From NCBI GenBank assembly GCA_964553275.1, contig CAZKKG010000002.1, forward strand, positions 1 to 57,663: a DNA stretch of 57,663 bases. The letters are read 5' to 3'. The notes under the pieces are model-generated. The model worked only from the letters and a program-made list of their open reading frames with translations, was not told the DNA's origin and did not search any database. This document shows positions 1 to 9,589 of this stretch, one piece after another (position 1 is the stretch's first letter; every line of letters starts with the position of its first letter). This DNA comes from an uncultured Candidatus Saccharibacteria bacterium (GTDB taxonomy: Bacteria > Patescibacteriota > Minisyncoccia > Minisyncoccales > CAZBVF01). The position numbers and the translations under genes were made by a program.

Positions 1-818
1 GTGTCTTGTCTTCCTAGATTATCTTCTGCAATCAATTCAATCGTATTGAAACGTTTTGTTAATTCCACACCGGAAACAGGTACTGGGTTTTCACCAACAC
101 CCGAATCAAATGTTTTTCCATCTATCCTCCAGATACGAAAGTAAATATATCCCGCACCCTTAGAAACAGTCGAGGTATCTTTGAAGTAGGCATATTCTCT
201 TTGGACGCCTCTAAAATCAGAACAGTTCTGCCATAGACCTCCTTCGTTCAAAGAACAATCAAAATCGGCTATAACGTCCTTTTTAATGACTATAGTTCTT
301 TTAAAATCATCTGAGGCACCTGCTTTATCCGTTACTATCAACCTTACCTCATATTCACCGAAGCTTAAAGAAGGGCTCTGGACAGAATAGTCGCAAAGGC
401 CCGAACATACTAACTCATGACCCCCAACCCCTATGTACCAGGAAGAAGTTGCAATATCATCTATGCCATCCTGATCTGTAGAATTATTGCTTAACCTAAG
501 GGCTGGATCTGACGAGCCAGCATACGCAGAACAATCTGATGGATCACAGGAAAAAGAAGCTGTCGGTTCTTCATTGTCCTGGCTGGGTGAAGGGGGCTGA
601 GGGGGCAGAGGAGGAGGCGATGGCAGCGAGGGCGGTACAACCGGAAGCACCGTAGGCAGAGTTGTTGTTGGACGGTGCGGAGGTGGAAGTATTGTGTTCT
701 GCTGCGATGCTAGTAATAACAATAAAATAATTATTATTATTATAATAATTATTACAGGATTACTTGCACCTTTTTTATTTTTTTTAAAAAAATGACGCAA
801 ACTAGAAAAATTAAACAT
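1..818 (-). CDS. Secreted/cell-surface PKD-like repeat protein, partial (C-terminus runs off the left edge)
   Basis: Missing from the ORF track because there is no stop inside the window. Hand translation from the ATG at 818-816 gives MFNFSSLRHFFKKNKKGASNPV-IIIIIIIII-LLLLL-ASQQ. A Pro-rich linker follows (PPPHRPTTTLPTVLPVVPPSLPSPPPLPPQPPSPS, the GC-rich patch at about 590-690), then two PKD-like signatures (YEVRLIVTDKAGASD and NTIELIAEDNLGRQD). Confidence 0.7.
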   Translation of the reverse strand, partial: MFNFSSLRHFFKKNKKGASNPVIIIIIIIIILLLLLASQQNTILPPPHRPTTTLPTVLPVVPPSLPSPPPLPPQPPSPSQDNEEPTASFSCDPSDCSAYAGSSDPALRLSNNSTDQDGIDDIATSSWYIGVGGHELVCSGLCDYSVQSPSLSFGEYEVRLIVTDKAGASDDFKRTIVIKKDVIADFDCSLNEGGLWQNCSDFRGVQREYAYFKDTSTVSKGAGYIYFRIWRIDGKTFDSGVGENPVPVSGVELTKRFNTIELIAEDNLGRQD

Positions 819-855
819 AACAAAAACTTTGTTTATTTTTATCCTATTACAACCA

Positions 856-1509
856 TTATATCATTTCTTTTATCGGCATAAAACTCTTTCTGTGGATAAC
901 TGAAACACCATTCTTTTTGAGTGTTTTTTTATGCAGTTTAGTAAAATATCCTTTATGCTTGTTAAACCCATAACAAGGATATTTCTTATGATACCCTTCC
1001 ATTATTCTGTCTCTGATAACTTTAGCCATGATGCTGGCCAAGGCGCAAGAAAAAACTTTTTGGTCAGCCTTCACAATCAATTTATGATTCATAGACTTTA
1101 ATCTTTCAGAGTTTAATCTATTGCCGTCAATTATTAAAAAGTTCTGCTTTGTTTTAAGTTTTTTGACCGCCCGAAGCATTGCTAATTCTGAAGCATTCTG
1201 AATGTTTATTTTATCAATCACTTTTTGTGAAACCCTGGCTACTTTCCATTCTATATCCGGATGCTCCAGGGCAATCTTGAAAAGCCTTTCTCTTTTTTGA
1301 GGCGAAAGCTGTTTTGAATCTTTAACTTCCATTAATAAATCTTTGGTCCTAAATTTCAATCTCATACTTCGCATTCTAAACCTTGGATTCACAATAACTG
1401 CTCCAGCCACTACAGGCCCGGCAATCGGCCCTCTTCCCGACTCATCTATTCCCGTTACTTTATATCCTTTTTTCCATAACCTTTCCTCTTGAATAAAATT
1501 CGGCTTCAT
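856..1509 (-). CDS. rnhB: Ribonuclease HII
   Basis: N-terminal GIDESGRGPIAGPVVAGAV catalytic motif and typical length (217 aa). Confidence 0.9.
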   Translation of the reverse strand: MKPNFIQEERLWKKGYKVTGIDESGRGPIAGPVVAGAVIVNPRFRMRSMRLKFRTKDLLMEVKDSKQLSPQKRERLFKIALEHPDIEWKVARVSQKVIDKINIQNASELAMLRAVKKLKTKQNFLIIDGNRLNSERLKSMNHKLIVKADQKVFSCALASIMAKVIRDRIMEGYHKKYPCYGFNKHKGYFTKLHKKTLKKNGVSVIHRKSFMPIKEMI

Positions 1510-1527
1510 TAAGTCAATTTTAGCATA

Positions 1528-1556
1528 TTGTAAACAAAATAATTATTAGATATAAT
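1528..1556 (+). promoter_or_regulatory. Sigma-70-like promoter candidate for the 1581 gene
   Basis: TTGTAA (1528-1533), 17-nt spacer, TATAAT (1551-1556), about 25 nt upstream of the ATG at 1581, in a divergent intergenic region. Confidence 0.45.
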
Positions 1557-1580
1557 GAGAGAATAATACATAAGCTGTTT

Positions 1581-2255
1581 ATGGAAAAAGCTTTAACTCA
1601 AATACAAATCAAAAATGAAATCAGAATGGCTGAGATGTCCAACCGTCCTGCTGATTTCAGAGGGAAAACACTGTCCGGACTTTTCTTTTTAGAAAGAGAA
1701 ATTAATGCCAGTTTGGATCTGGAAAATTCAATTATCACAGGACCCATTTCCCTTGGAAGCATTACCGTTAATGGAAATTTGAATTTTAAAGGAGCAGACA
1801 TAAGGCAAACTTTTTATTTCAGTGAAGGAACGATAAACGGAAACTTGAATATGAATTTTGCAAAAGCAGGAAAAATTATAAACCTTGTAGGAAGTAAAAT
1901 CAACGGATCTCTAAGCTTTAAAGGATTGGAAGTAAATGGTTTTCTAAGTTTGTCAAAAGCCCAAATCTTTGGAGATTTAGATTTCAGGAACATCATAATC
2001 AAAAACTCTCAATACGACGACCTAACCATTATTGGAGACCTTTATCTTAACAAAACCATCATACAGGGAGGAATAGATTTAACAGATGCATTCGTAGAAG
2101 GAAATCTTGATTTGTCGACCGCTGCAATCCAAAACTCGGTAAACCTAACAAATGCTTGTATTGCGAATCTTATTATCTTAAGGGATGCTTTAATAAGAGG
2201 TGATCTTATTCTGAAAGGAGCAAAATATAAAAAGATAATAAAAAAGGTTTTATAG
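1581..2255 (+). CDS. Beta-helix repeat protein (pentapeptide-repeat-like), function unknown
   Basis: Repeated roughly 20-aa units with a regular pattern such as INGNLNF / INGSLSF / VNGFLSL / IFGDLDF / IIGDLYL / VEGNLDL / IRGDLIL. No catalytic motif recognised. Confidence 0.4.
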   Translation: MEKALTQIQIKNEIRMAEMSNRPADFRGKTLSGLFFLEREINASLDLENSIITGPISLGSITVNGNLNFKGADIRQTFYFSEGTINGNLNMNFAKAGKIINLVGSKINGSLSFKGLEVNGFLSLSKAQIFGDLDFRNIIIKNSQYDDLTIIGDLYLNKTIIQGGIDLTDAFVEGNLDLSTAAIQNSVNLTNACIANLIILRDALIRGDLILKGAKYKKIIKKVL

Positions 2256-2341
2256 AAAACAAGCAAAAAAAGATTTCTTTACGGCACCTTTGGTGCCATA
2301 AGTTGTTGTAGGAAGGTTAAATAAACAGAGGAATATCTCTT

Positions 2342-5300
2342 ATGAAAAAAAACTTTACCCATCTGCATGTCCATTCGCATTACAGCTTATTAGACGGTCT
2401 TTCAAAGATTAACGATCTTTTGGATTACGTGAAAGAGTTGGGCATGGATTCTGTTGCCATAACAGACCACGGCGTTCTTTACGGGGCAGTTGAATTTTAC
2501 AAAAAAGCAAAAGAGAGAGGAATAAAGCCGATTATAGGGTGTGAAATGTACGTCGCATATGAAGGAATGGAAGACAAAAGACCTGGCATTGATGACAAGA
2601 GATACCATTTAATACTTTTGACAAAGAATGAAACCGGCTATAAAAACTTAGTTAAGCTCGTCACAGAATCTCATCTTAAAGGATTCTATTACAGGCCAAG
2701 AATAGATGAAGATTTGCTCCAAAAGCATAGTGAAGGATTAATCTGCTTTTCAGCATGCCTGCAGGGGAAAATACCTCAGCTCATCTTGCAGAACAAACTA
2801 GGGGAAGCAGAAAAACTGGCATTGAAGTATAAAGATATATTCGGTAAAGACAGCTTTTATTTAGAATTACAGCATCATCCGAACATAAAAGAACAGGGAA
2901 AGGTTAATGAAGCCCTTATATCTTTTTCTAAAAAACTGGATATTCCGCTGATTGCAACGAACGACAGCCACTATTTGAAACCGGGTGATTCTGAAGCTCA
3001 AGACATCCTGATGCTTATCAATACCGGAGCAGATATAAATGATTCTGAAAGAATAACTATGAAGCAAGACGACTTTTCTCTAAAAAGCCCCGAAGAAATG
3101 ATAAGCGCATTTAAAGATGTTCCGGAAGCCATTGAAAACACCCAAAGAATAAAAGAATTATGCATCTTTGAATTTAAACTTGGCAAAGCAAAACTTCCAC
3201 ATTTCGAAGTGCCCAATGGAAAAACCCCTGATATTTTCTTAAAAGAACTTTGTCTGGAACGCTTAAAGAAAAAATATCCAAAACCAGAACAAAAAGTAAA
3301 AGAAAGATTGGAGTATGAGCTTTCAGTAATTAAGCAAACGGGATTTGCCTCTTATTTCCTGATAGTCCAGGATTTTGTTAACTGGGCGAAAGAAAACAGA
3401 ATAGTTGTAGGTCCCGGACGCGGCTCTGCAGCAGGTTCCCTAGTTTCTTACGTCTTGAATATAACTAACGTTGACCCTTTAAAACACAACCTCCTTTTTG
3501 AGCGTTTTTTAAATCCGGAAAGAATAGCAGGACTTCCTGATATAGATCTTGATTTTACCGATCGCAGGAGAAACGAAGTAATAAATTACGTTGCTCAAAA
3601 GTACGGAAGAGACAAAGTAGCCCAAATTATTACTTTTGGGACAATGGCTGCAAGACAAGTTATAAGGGATGTTGGAAGAGTTTTGGGCTATCCATATATT
3701 TATTGCGACAGAATGGCAAAAATGATTCCTTTCAATTTTAACTTGAATCAAGCTCTTTCCGAAATAGAGGATTTCAAACAGCTTTACGAGACGGATCCTA
3801 ATGCTCAAAAATTAATCGGCCTTGGGAAAAAACTGGAAGGAGTCGCCCGCCATGCTTCAACGCATGCCTGCGGAGTCGTTATTTCAAAGGACCCTCTTTC
3901 CGAAATCGTTCCCCTTCAGCGTCCCACCCAAAACAACAATGATGTTATAACGCAATACGAAATGCATGCTGTCGAAGATTTGGGCCTACTAAAAATGGAT
4001 ATTTTGGGATTAAAGAATCTCACAATCATTGAAGATACCCTGAAGATGATCTATGCCATCCACAAGAAAAGCATTGATATTGAAAATATTCCCATAGACG
4101 ATAAAAAGACATACAAACTCCTTCAAGTGGGCCAAACCGTGGGAATATTCCAATTAGAATCAGGGGGAGTGAGAAGATACCTTCAGCAGTTAAAGCCGAC
4201 TCAGTTTGAGGACATTATTGCAATGGTAGCTCTTTATAGACCGGGCCCCATTAAGTTTATTCCAAAATACATCAACAGAAAGAATAAAAAGGAAAAGATA
4301 GAATACTTACATCCGGACCTCAAGCCAATTCTAGAATCAACTCAAGGAATCTGCATTTTCCAAGAACAGCTGATGCAGATAGCCCAGAAACTTGGAGGAT
4401 TTTCTCTGGGAGAAGCTGATATTTTAAGAAAGGCTGTCGGAAAGAAAATCAAATCACTTCTTGTTTCTCAAAAGACGAAGTTGATAAACGGAATGCTGAA
4501 AAACGGCATTGAAAAAGGAACCGCCCAAAAAATCTGGGAATGGGTCTTGCCTTTTGCCCGTTATGGGTTTAACAGGTCTCATAGCGTTTGCTATTCCCTT
4601 ATTGCCTATCAAACCGCCTTTCTCAAAGCCAACTACCCTTTAGAGTTTATGGCATGCCTTTTAACTTCCGAAAAAAATGATACGGACAGGATTTCGGTTT
4701 TAATTGAAGAATGTAAAAAAATGGAAATTGATGTTTTAGCTCCCGATATTAATGAAAGTTTCAGAAATTTCTCGGTGGTCCCGAATTTAGCCCCCCTGAG
4801 CGGTTCTAAGATAAAGAAGATTATTTCCCGCAATCCCTCCATCGGCAGAATTCGTTTCGGACTCTTGGCAGTTAAAAATGTTGGGCAAAATGTCGTAGAA
4901 GCAGTGGTTAAAGAAAGAAAAGAAAATGGAAAATTCAATTCCATAGCAAATTTCATTTCAAGGATACATTGCAAGGATTTAAACAAGAAATCTTTGGAAA
5001 GCTCAATCAAAGCAGGCGCTTTTGACAATTTAGCTGAAAGAAATCAGCTTTTAGAAAATCTTGAAAAGCTTTTAGAATGGGCAAGGGAAAGCCACAAAAC
5101 AAAAATTAACGGACAAAAGGGACTCTTTGATAAGACAAAATTCAATTCTGAATTAAAACTAGACCCATCCCCTCCTGCTGCTAAAACAGAAAAGTTAGAA
5201 TGGGAAAAAGAACTGCTCGGCCTATACGTTTCAGGTCATCCTTTAGAAAAATATGCAAAGATATTAAACCCGAAATATCAAAAACCGGGACAATTCAATA

Positions 5301-5608
5301 TAATCCCTATAGCTAAAATTAACAATGCTCTTTTAAACAATGGAAACGGCATTGGGAAAAGAGCTAAAATTGGAGGTATTATAACAGGATTCAAAAAAAT
5401 CATAACAAAAAACGGAAAACCCATGCTCTTCTTGAAAATGGAAGACCTTACTGGTAGAATCGAAGTAGTAGTTTTCCCGTCAATTCTTGAGAGGGATCCC
5501 GCTATTTTTAAAGAAGGTAAAATTATTTTCGTCACCGGAAAAATTGATTGCAAAGATAACATGCCCAAAATAATAGCAAATCAAATTGAAGAAATCATAG
5601 AGGCATAA
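2342..5608 (+). CDS. dnaE: DNA polymerase III alpha subunit
   Basis: PHP-domain start FTHLHVHSHYSLLDG, polymerase core, OB-fold C-terminus; 1088 aa. Confidence 0.93.
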   Translation: MKKNFTHLHVHSHYSLLDGLSKINDLLDYVKELGMDSVAITDHGVLYGAVEFYKKAKERGIKPIIGCEMYVAYEGMEDKRPGIDDKRYHLILLTKNETGYKNLVKLVTESHLKGFYYRPRIDEDLLQKHSEGLICFSACLQGKIPQLILQNKLGEAEKLALKYKDIFGKDSFYLELQHHPNIKEQGKVNEALISFSKKLDIPLIATNDSHYLKPGDSEAQDILMLINTGADINDSERITMKQDDFSLKSPEEMISAFKDVPEAIENTQRIKELCIFEFKLGKAKLPHFEVPNGKTPDIFLKELCLERLKKKYPKPEQKVKERLEYELSVIKQTGFASYFLIVQDFVNWAKENRIVVGPGRGSAAGSLVSYVLNITNVDPLKHNLLFERFLNPERIAGLPDIDLDFTDRRRNEVINYVAQKYGRDKVAQIITFGTMAARQVIRDVGRVLGYPYIYCDRMAKMIPFNFNLNQALSEIEDFKQLYETDPNAQKLIGLGKKLEGVARHASTHACGVVISKDPLSEIVPLQRPTQNNNDVITQYEMHAVEDLGLLKMDILGLKNLTIIEDTLKMIYAIHKKSIDIENIPIDDKKTYKLLQVGQTVGIFQLESGGVRRYLQQLKPTQFEDIIAMVALYRPGPIKFIPKYINRKNKKEKIEYLHPDLKPILESTQGICIFQEQLMQIAQKLGGFSLGEADILRKAVGKKIKSLLVSQKTKLINGMLKNGIEKGTAQKIWEWVLPFARYGFNRSHSVCYSLIAYQTAFLKANYPLEFMACLLTSEKNDTDRISVLIEECKKMEIDVLAPDINESFRNFSVVPNLAPLSGSKIKKIISRNPSIGRIRFGLLAVKNVGQNVVEAVVKERKENGKFNSIANFISRIHCKDLNKKSLESSIKAGAFDNLAERNQLLENLEKLLEWARESHKTKINGQKGLFDKTKFNSELKLDPSPPAAKTEKLEWEKELLGLYVSGHPLEKYAKILNPKYQKPGQFNIIPIAKINNALLNNGNGIGKRAKIGGIITGFKKIITKNGKPMLFLKMEDLTGRIEVVVFPSILERDPAIFKEGKIIFVTGKIDCKDNMPKIIANQIEEIIEA

Positions 5609-5622
5609 AATTAATAAAGAAT

Positions 5623-7371
5623 ATGAAAAAACCTAACAATTGCAATTTGGAAACCGTTCGCCATTCACTTGCCCATATTATGGCTTATGCAGTCCAGGAA
5701 CTTTATCCAAAAACTAAGTTTGGCATAGGGCCTGCAATCAAAGACGGTTTTTATTATGACTTTGAATTCAAAAAAACCCTAAGCCCGGATGACTTAATCA
5801 AAATAGAGAAGAAAGCAAAAGAATTAATAAAGGAAAATCTCAAATTTAAAAAAAGAATAATTTCTAAAACTGAAGCAAGGAAAATATTTAAAGACCAACC
5901 TTATAAGCTGGAACTCGTTAAGGAGCTAAAAGAAAAGAAAGTGACTATTTACGAAAGCGGCAAGTTTGTTGATTTATGCAAGGGGCCTCACCTTAAATCA
6001 ACCAAAGAAATTCCCTTCGACGCTTTTAAGTTTACTAAGATTGCCGGAGCTTACTGGAAAGGCGACGAAAAAAATCCTATGCTCACAAGAATCTATGGCC
6101 TGGCATTTAAAGATAAAAAAGAACTTCAAGGATATATAAGAACCAAGGAAGAGGCAGAAAAAAGAGACCACAGAATCTTGGGTCAGAAACTTGAACTCTT
6201 TATGTTTGATGATGAGGTGGGACAAGGATTACCTTTATGGCTTCCGAAAGGAGCACTCCTAAGGAAGATTGTGATGGATTTTGCTTTTAACACTTATTTA
6301 AAAAGAGGATATGAACCTGTTTTTACTCCTCATATTGCTTCTCTAAAACTATGGAAGCATTCAGGACATCTTGATTTCTATAAAGAAAGCCTATATGACT
6401 CTTTTGGCATAGAAGATGAAAAGTATATGCTAAAACCAATGAATTGCCCTTTGCATGTTCAGATGTATAAGAACAAAAGAAGAAGCTACAGAGACCTTCC
6501 AGTCCGATGGACGGAAATGGGAACCGTTTACAGATATGAGAAATCAGGAGTACTCCACGGACTAACCAGAGTAAGAGGATTTACTCAAGACGATGCTCAT
6601 ATAATCTGCACGCCCGAACAGCTGCATCAGGAACTGCTCAAAGCCCTAAAGTTAACTTTCTATATCTTAAATACCTTTGGATTTAAGAAGTTGGAAATGA
6701 ATCTTAGCGTGCGCGACCCAAAGAGCAAAAGCAAGTTTATCGGCAAAGATGCAGACTGGAAAAAGGCAGAAAAGGAATTAAAGAGCGTTCTAAAAGAAAT
6801 CGGATGCAAAGATTTTGTTTACGATGTTGGAGGAGCCGTTTTCTACGGACCTAAAATTGACATTAAAGTAAATGATTCCTTGGGAAGACCTTGGCAGTTA
6901 TCGACCATCCAGTTTGATTTTAATCTGCCTTCAAGATTCAACATGGAATATTACGGTTCTGATGGCAAAAAACACACTCCCTTCATGATACACAGGGCGT
7001 TACTAGGATCGTTAGAAAGATTTATAGGGGTACTAATAGAGCATTACGCAGGCGCTTTTCCCTTCTGGCTTTCCCCCGTTCAAATATGGATAATTCCCAT
7101 AGGATCTTCTCATAGAGAATATGCAGAAAAAATTGCAAGACACTTCTCAGAATTTAGTTACCGGATTGAGGTAAAAAACGAAAATGAAACCGTCTCAAAA
7201 AAGATTAGAGAAGGAGAAATACAAAAGATTCCCTATTTATTGGTTGTCGGAGACAAGGAAATGAAAAACAAATCAGTTAGAATAAGGAAAAGAGGCAAGG
7301 GAGATATAGGAATGGTAAAACTTGACAAATTCTTAAAAGAGATAAAAAAGGAGGCAGAAGAAAAGAAATAA
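5623..7371 (+). CDS. thrS: Threonyl-tRNA synthetase lacking the N-terminal TGS domain
   Basis: Starts directly in the editing domain (RHSLAHIMAYAV, HxxxH). Class II core includes RDHRILGQKLELF. 582 aa, about 60 aa shorter than full-length bacterial ThrRS. Confidence 0.9.
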   Translation: MKKPNNCNLETVRHSLAHIMAYAVQELYPKTKFGIGPAIKDGFYYDFEFKKTLSPDDLIKIEKKAKELIKENLKFKKRIISKTEARKIFKDQPYKLELVKELKEKKVTIYESGKFVDLCKGPHLKSTKEIPFDAFKFTKIAGAYWKGDEKNPMLTRIYGLAFKDKKELQGYIRTKEEAEKRDHRILGQKLELFMFDDEVGQGLPLWLPKGALLRKIVMDFAFNTYLKRGYEPVFTPHIASLKLWKHSGHLDFYKESLYDSFGIEDEKYMLKPMNCPLHVQMYKNKRRSYRDLPVRWTEMGTVYRYEKSGVLHGLTRVRGFTQDDAHIICTPEQLHQELLKALKLTFYILNTFGFKKLEMNLSVRDPKSKSKFIGKDADWKKAEKELKSVLKEIGCKDFVYDVGGAVFYGPKIDIKVNDSLGRPWQLSTIQFDFNLPSRFNMEYYGSDGKKHTPFMIHRALLGSLERFIGVLIEHYAGAFPFWLSPVQIWIIPIGSSHREYAEKIARHFSEFSYRIEVKNENETVSKKIREGEIQKIPYLLVVGDKEMKNKSVRIRKRGKGDIGMVKLDKFLKEIKKEAEEKK

Positions 7372-7387
7372 AAGTTTTTAAACATTT

Positions 7388-9019
7388 ATGCCGGAATTAT
7401 CTCAAAAAACCAAACGTTTAATCTCTGACTATCGTTTTTGGTACGAAACTAAACGTCCGGGAGAAGAAGTACCCACAATACATGTTGACGAAGTTGCCAG
7501 CAAGGTAGCTTCTTTTTACGAAAAAATAAGGGGGGTGATAGATTATCGAGGAGAACATCTTTTAAGGAAAACTGCTATAGAGAGAAAACTAAAAAGAAGA
7601 TTACTTTTAAACAGGCTGCAGTCAAATAATGCTTTTTCCGACGAGAAAAGCTCCGCACAAACCATTGCTGAGCCCTTAGTTTACGAACTGATTCAGGGAG
7701 GACATTTCCCAAATGACACTATTGAAGAGTCAAAAATCAAGGAAATTGAAAAGGTACTTGACAAATACATATTTATACTCAAAGACAGTCCCCAACCTTC
7801 AAACGGGAAAAAGAGCAAAGCTCACTTTTCAAACTGGATTTTAGATATTGCTGCCTGCGAAATAGAAGACATCCTTTCTCCTCCTTCTAAAGAAGAGGCC
7901 TTAATTAACTACATGACAGACTTGGTACTGGAGAGAATAACGGTGAAAGAAGAGATTGGGATGACTCGGGAAGAAATTGAGACCCAGACATATATTGCGG
8001 TTCAGCAAGCTCTCTTTAATCTTGATTCTGCTTTAATAACATACAACCTGCTTAAAAAATGGTATCCCAACTGGCCTGATCTTCCTCGAGAAGGATTAAA
8101 GCAGATAACAGAAAAGATTCACTCGATAAAAGAAAAGACAGAGAAAGCTTTTATCCATCCTTTCTCTGAAAAATTCTACAAGATATGTGAAAGATACGAT
8201 ACCCCATACCTTATCTTAAACGATATTATTTCTGAAAATCCCATGACAGCTGAAGAACAGATCTCTCAACCTGAAAATCTGGAGAGCCTAATTAAAAAAG
8301 CTTATCAGGAAAGAGTAAAAACGCTTAAATCAAAATTAGGCAGAGCAGCTATTTATTCAACAATATCTATCTTTTTGACTAACATTCTTTCTCTTCTTGC
8401 AGTTGAAATACCTTTTACAAAATATGTTACCGGCCAATTTAACTTTCTCGCTGTAGGGGTAGATATTCTGGGACCAACATTTTTAATGTTTTTTCTTGTT
8501 GCATCCATCCACCCTCCAGAAAAGAAAAATCTAGGACAGGTAGTTCTAGAAACCGTGAAAATCGTTTATGAAAGCGAAAGAAAACCCGTCTATATGATCA
8601 AGCCTCCGAAGAAGAGAGGATTTATCTCAAGAATACTCATATTCGTTCTTTATCTTACGAGCTTCTGCCTCTCCTTCGGTTTGATAATCTACGGTCTTCA
8701 CAAGGCAAATTTTCCTTTTCTTTCCTATATAATATTTGTTGTCTTCATTTCCCTTATCGCCTTTACGGGCGTTAAAATAAGAGGAAGAGCAAAAGAGTTA
8801 AAAGTCACCGCAGAAAAAGGAACCTTTTCAGGTTTTCTTCTCGACTTACTTTCTTTACCTCTCCTGGGCATGGGAAAATGGCTTTCCGTTAGATGGAAAA
8901 AATATAACGTGATGGCCGTTTTCTTTAGCGCTTTAATAGATATGCCATTTCAGGTCTTTGTTGAGTTTTTTGAGAACTTAAGGGCTTTCTTGGTTGAAAA
9001 GAAGGAAGAAATACACTAG
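7388..9019 (+). CDS. Hypothetical membrane protein (soluble N-terminal ~320 aa, 4-5 predicted TM helices at the C-terminus)
   Basis: Long ORF placed 17 nt after thrS. Hydrophobic stretches AAIYSTISIFLTNILSLLAVEI, LAVGVDILGPTFLMFFLVA, ILIFVLYLTSFCLSFGLIIYGL, LSYIIFVVFISLIAFTG. No family recognised by eye. Confidence 0.6.
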   Translation: MPELSQKTKRLISDYRFWYETKRPGEEVPTIHVDEVASKVASFYEKIRGVIDYRGEHLLRKTAIERKLKRRLLLNRLQSNNAFSDEKSSAQTIAEPLVYELIQGGHFPNDTIEESKIKEIEKVLDKYIFILKDSPQPSNGKKSKAHFSNWILDIAACEIEDILSPPSKEEALINYMTDLVLERITVKEEIGMTREEIETQTYIAVQQALFNLDSALITYNLLKKWYPNWPDLPREGLKQITEKIHSIKEKTEKAFIHPFSEKFYKICERYDTPYLILNDIISENPMTAEEQISQPENLESLIKKAYQERVKTLKSKLGRAAIYSTISIFLTNILSLLAVEIPFTKYVTGQFNFLAVGVDILGPTFLMFFLVASIHPPEKKNLGQVVLETVKIVYESERKPVYMIKPPKKRGFISRILIFVLYLTSFCLSFGLIIYGLHKANFPFLSYIIFVVFISLIAFTGVKIRGRAKELKVTAEKGTFSGFLLDLLSLPLLGMGKWLSVRWKKYNVMAVFFSALIDMPFQVFVEFFENLRAFLVEKKEEIH

Positions 9020-9071
9020 AATACAATATTAGATAAGTTTAAGTTCTTTTAAAATTCTGCTGAAAAAGGAG

Positions 9072-9500
9072 GTGAGAGAAGTGAAAACAACAAATGATTC
9101 AGTAGGAAAAATGCGAACAGGAAGCGAATCGAGAAAAGAGATTATAAAACATCTTGACAGAAGGGCAATAGAACTCCTTACGGGAATATTTTACAATTCA
9201 AGAGACGGTCCCGAAAAAGAAATAGGTGATTTTAGAAACGCATTTCAGTCAAGGGTAAGTTCGAGCATATTTTCCAGATTGGAGTATCAGTTAATTCACG
9301 GTTTTGCTTTCAACCTCGAGGAACTCAAACTGATGATAAAAGCCGGAGCTGACGAGGAAAAATCTACAGTTGAATGGGTAAAAAATCAAACTAAAATTTT
9401 GTGGCCGAAATGGAAAAAACTTGTAAAGGAGTTTAAAAATGAAAAGCAAGAAAGAAAAAAGAATGGAGATGAGGAAAGATTCGAATTTAAGATTAATTAA
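9072..9500 (+). CDS. Hypothetical small protein (start more likely the in-frame GTG at 9081)
   Basis: Strong SD AAAGGAGG at 9064-9071 (core GGAGG 9067-9071); it abuts the track start (GTG 9072) with no spacer and sits 9 nt upstream of the in-frame GTG at 9081. No recognisable motif. Confidence 0.5.
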   Translation: MREVKTTNDSVGKMRTGSESRKEIIKHLDRRAIELLTGIFYNSRDGPEKEIGDFRNAFQSRVSSSIFSRLEYQLIHGFAFNLEELKLMIKAGADEEKSTVEWVKNQTKILWPKWKKLVKEFKNEKQERKKNGDEERFEFKIN

Positions 9501-9530
9501 AAACTGTTTCGCTTTCAGCAGAAGAAAAAA

Positions 9531-9580
9531 AGTGCCCTGGATAAAAATCTTTTAAGCAACTAAAGGTAACCCAGGGCACT
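9531..9580 (+). terminator. Long-loop stem-loop (10-bp perfect stem, 30-nt loop); putative terminator or attenuator before miaB
   Basis: AGTGCCCTGG (9531-9540) pairs with CCAGGGCACT (9571-9580). An A-run precedes it and TTAAAGTTT follows. It ends 10 nt before the miaB ATG. Confidence 0.35.
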
Positions 9581-9589
9581 TTAAAGTTT

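Noticed and set aside
771-818. Suspected frameshift between the ATG at 818 and the poly-Ile ORF, within the A-rich tract
   Set aside because: A careful recount shows A8-T-A6, which puts the ATG in frame (KKNKKG). No frameshift is needed.
1510-1580. The divergent rnhB / beta-helix-gene spacer as a replication origin (strand-bias switch nearby)
   Set aside because: No DnaA-box-like 9-mers (TTATCCACA or its complement) and no AT-rich 13-mer repeats are present, and neither dnaA nor dnaN is adjacent. It contains only a promoter-like TTGTAA-17-TATAAT.
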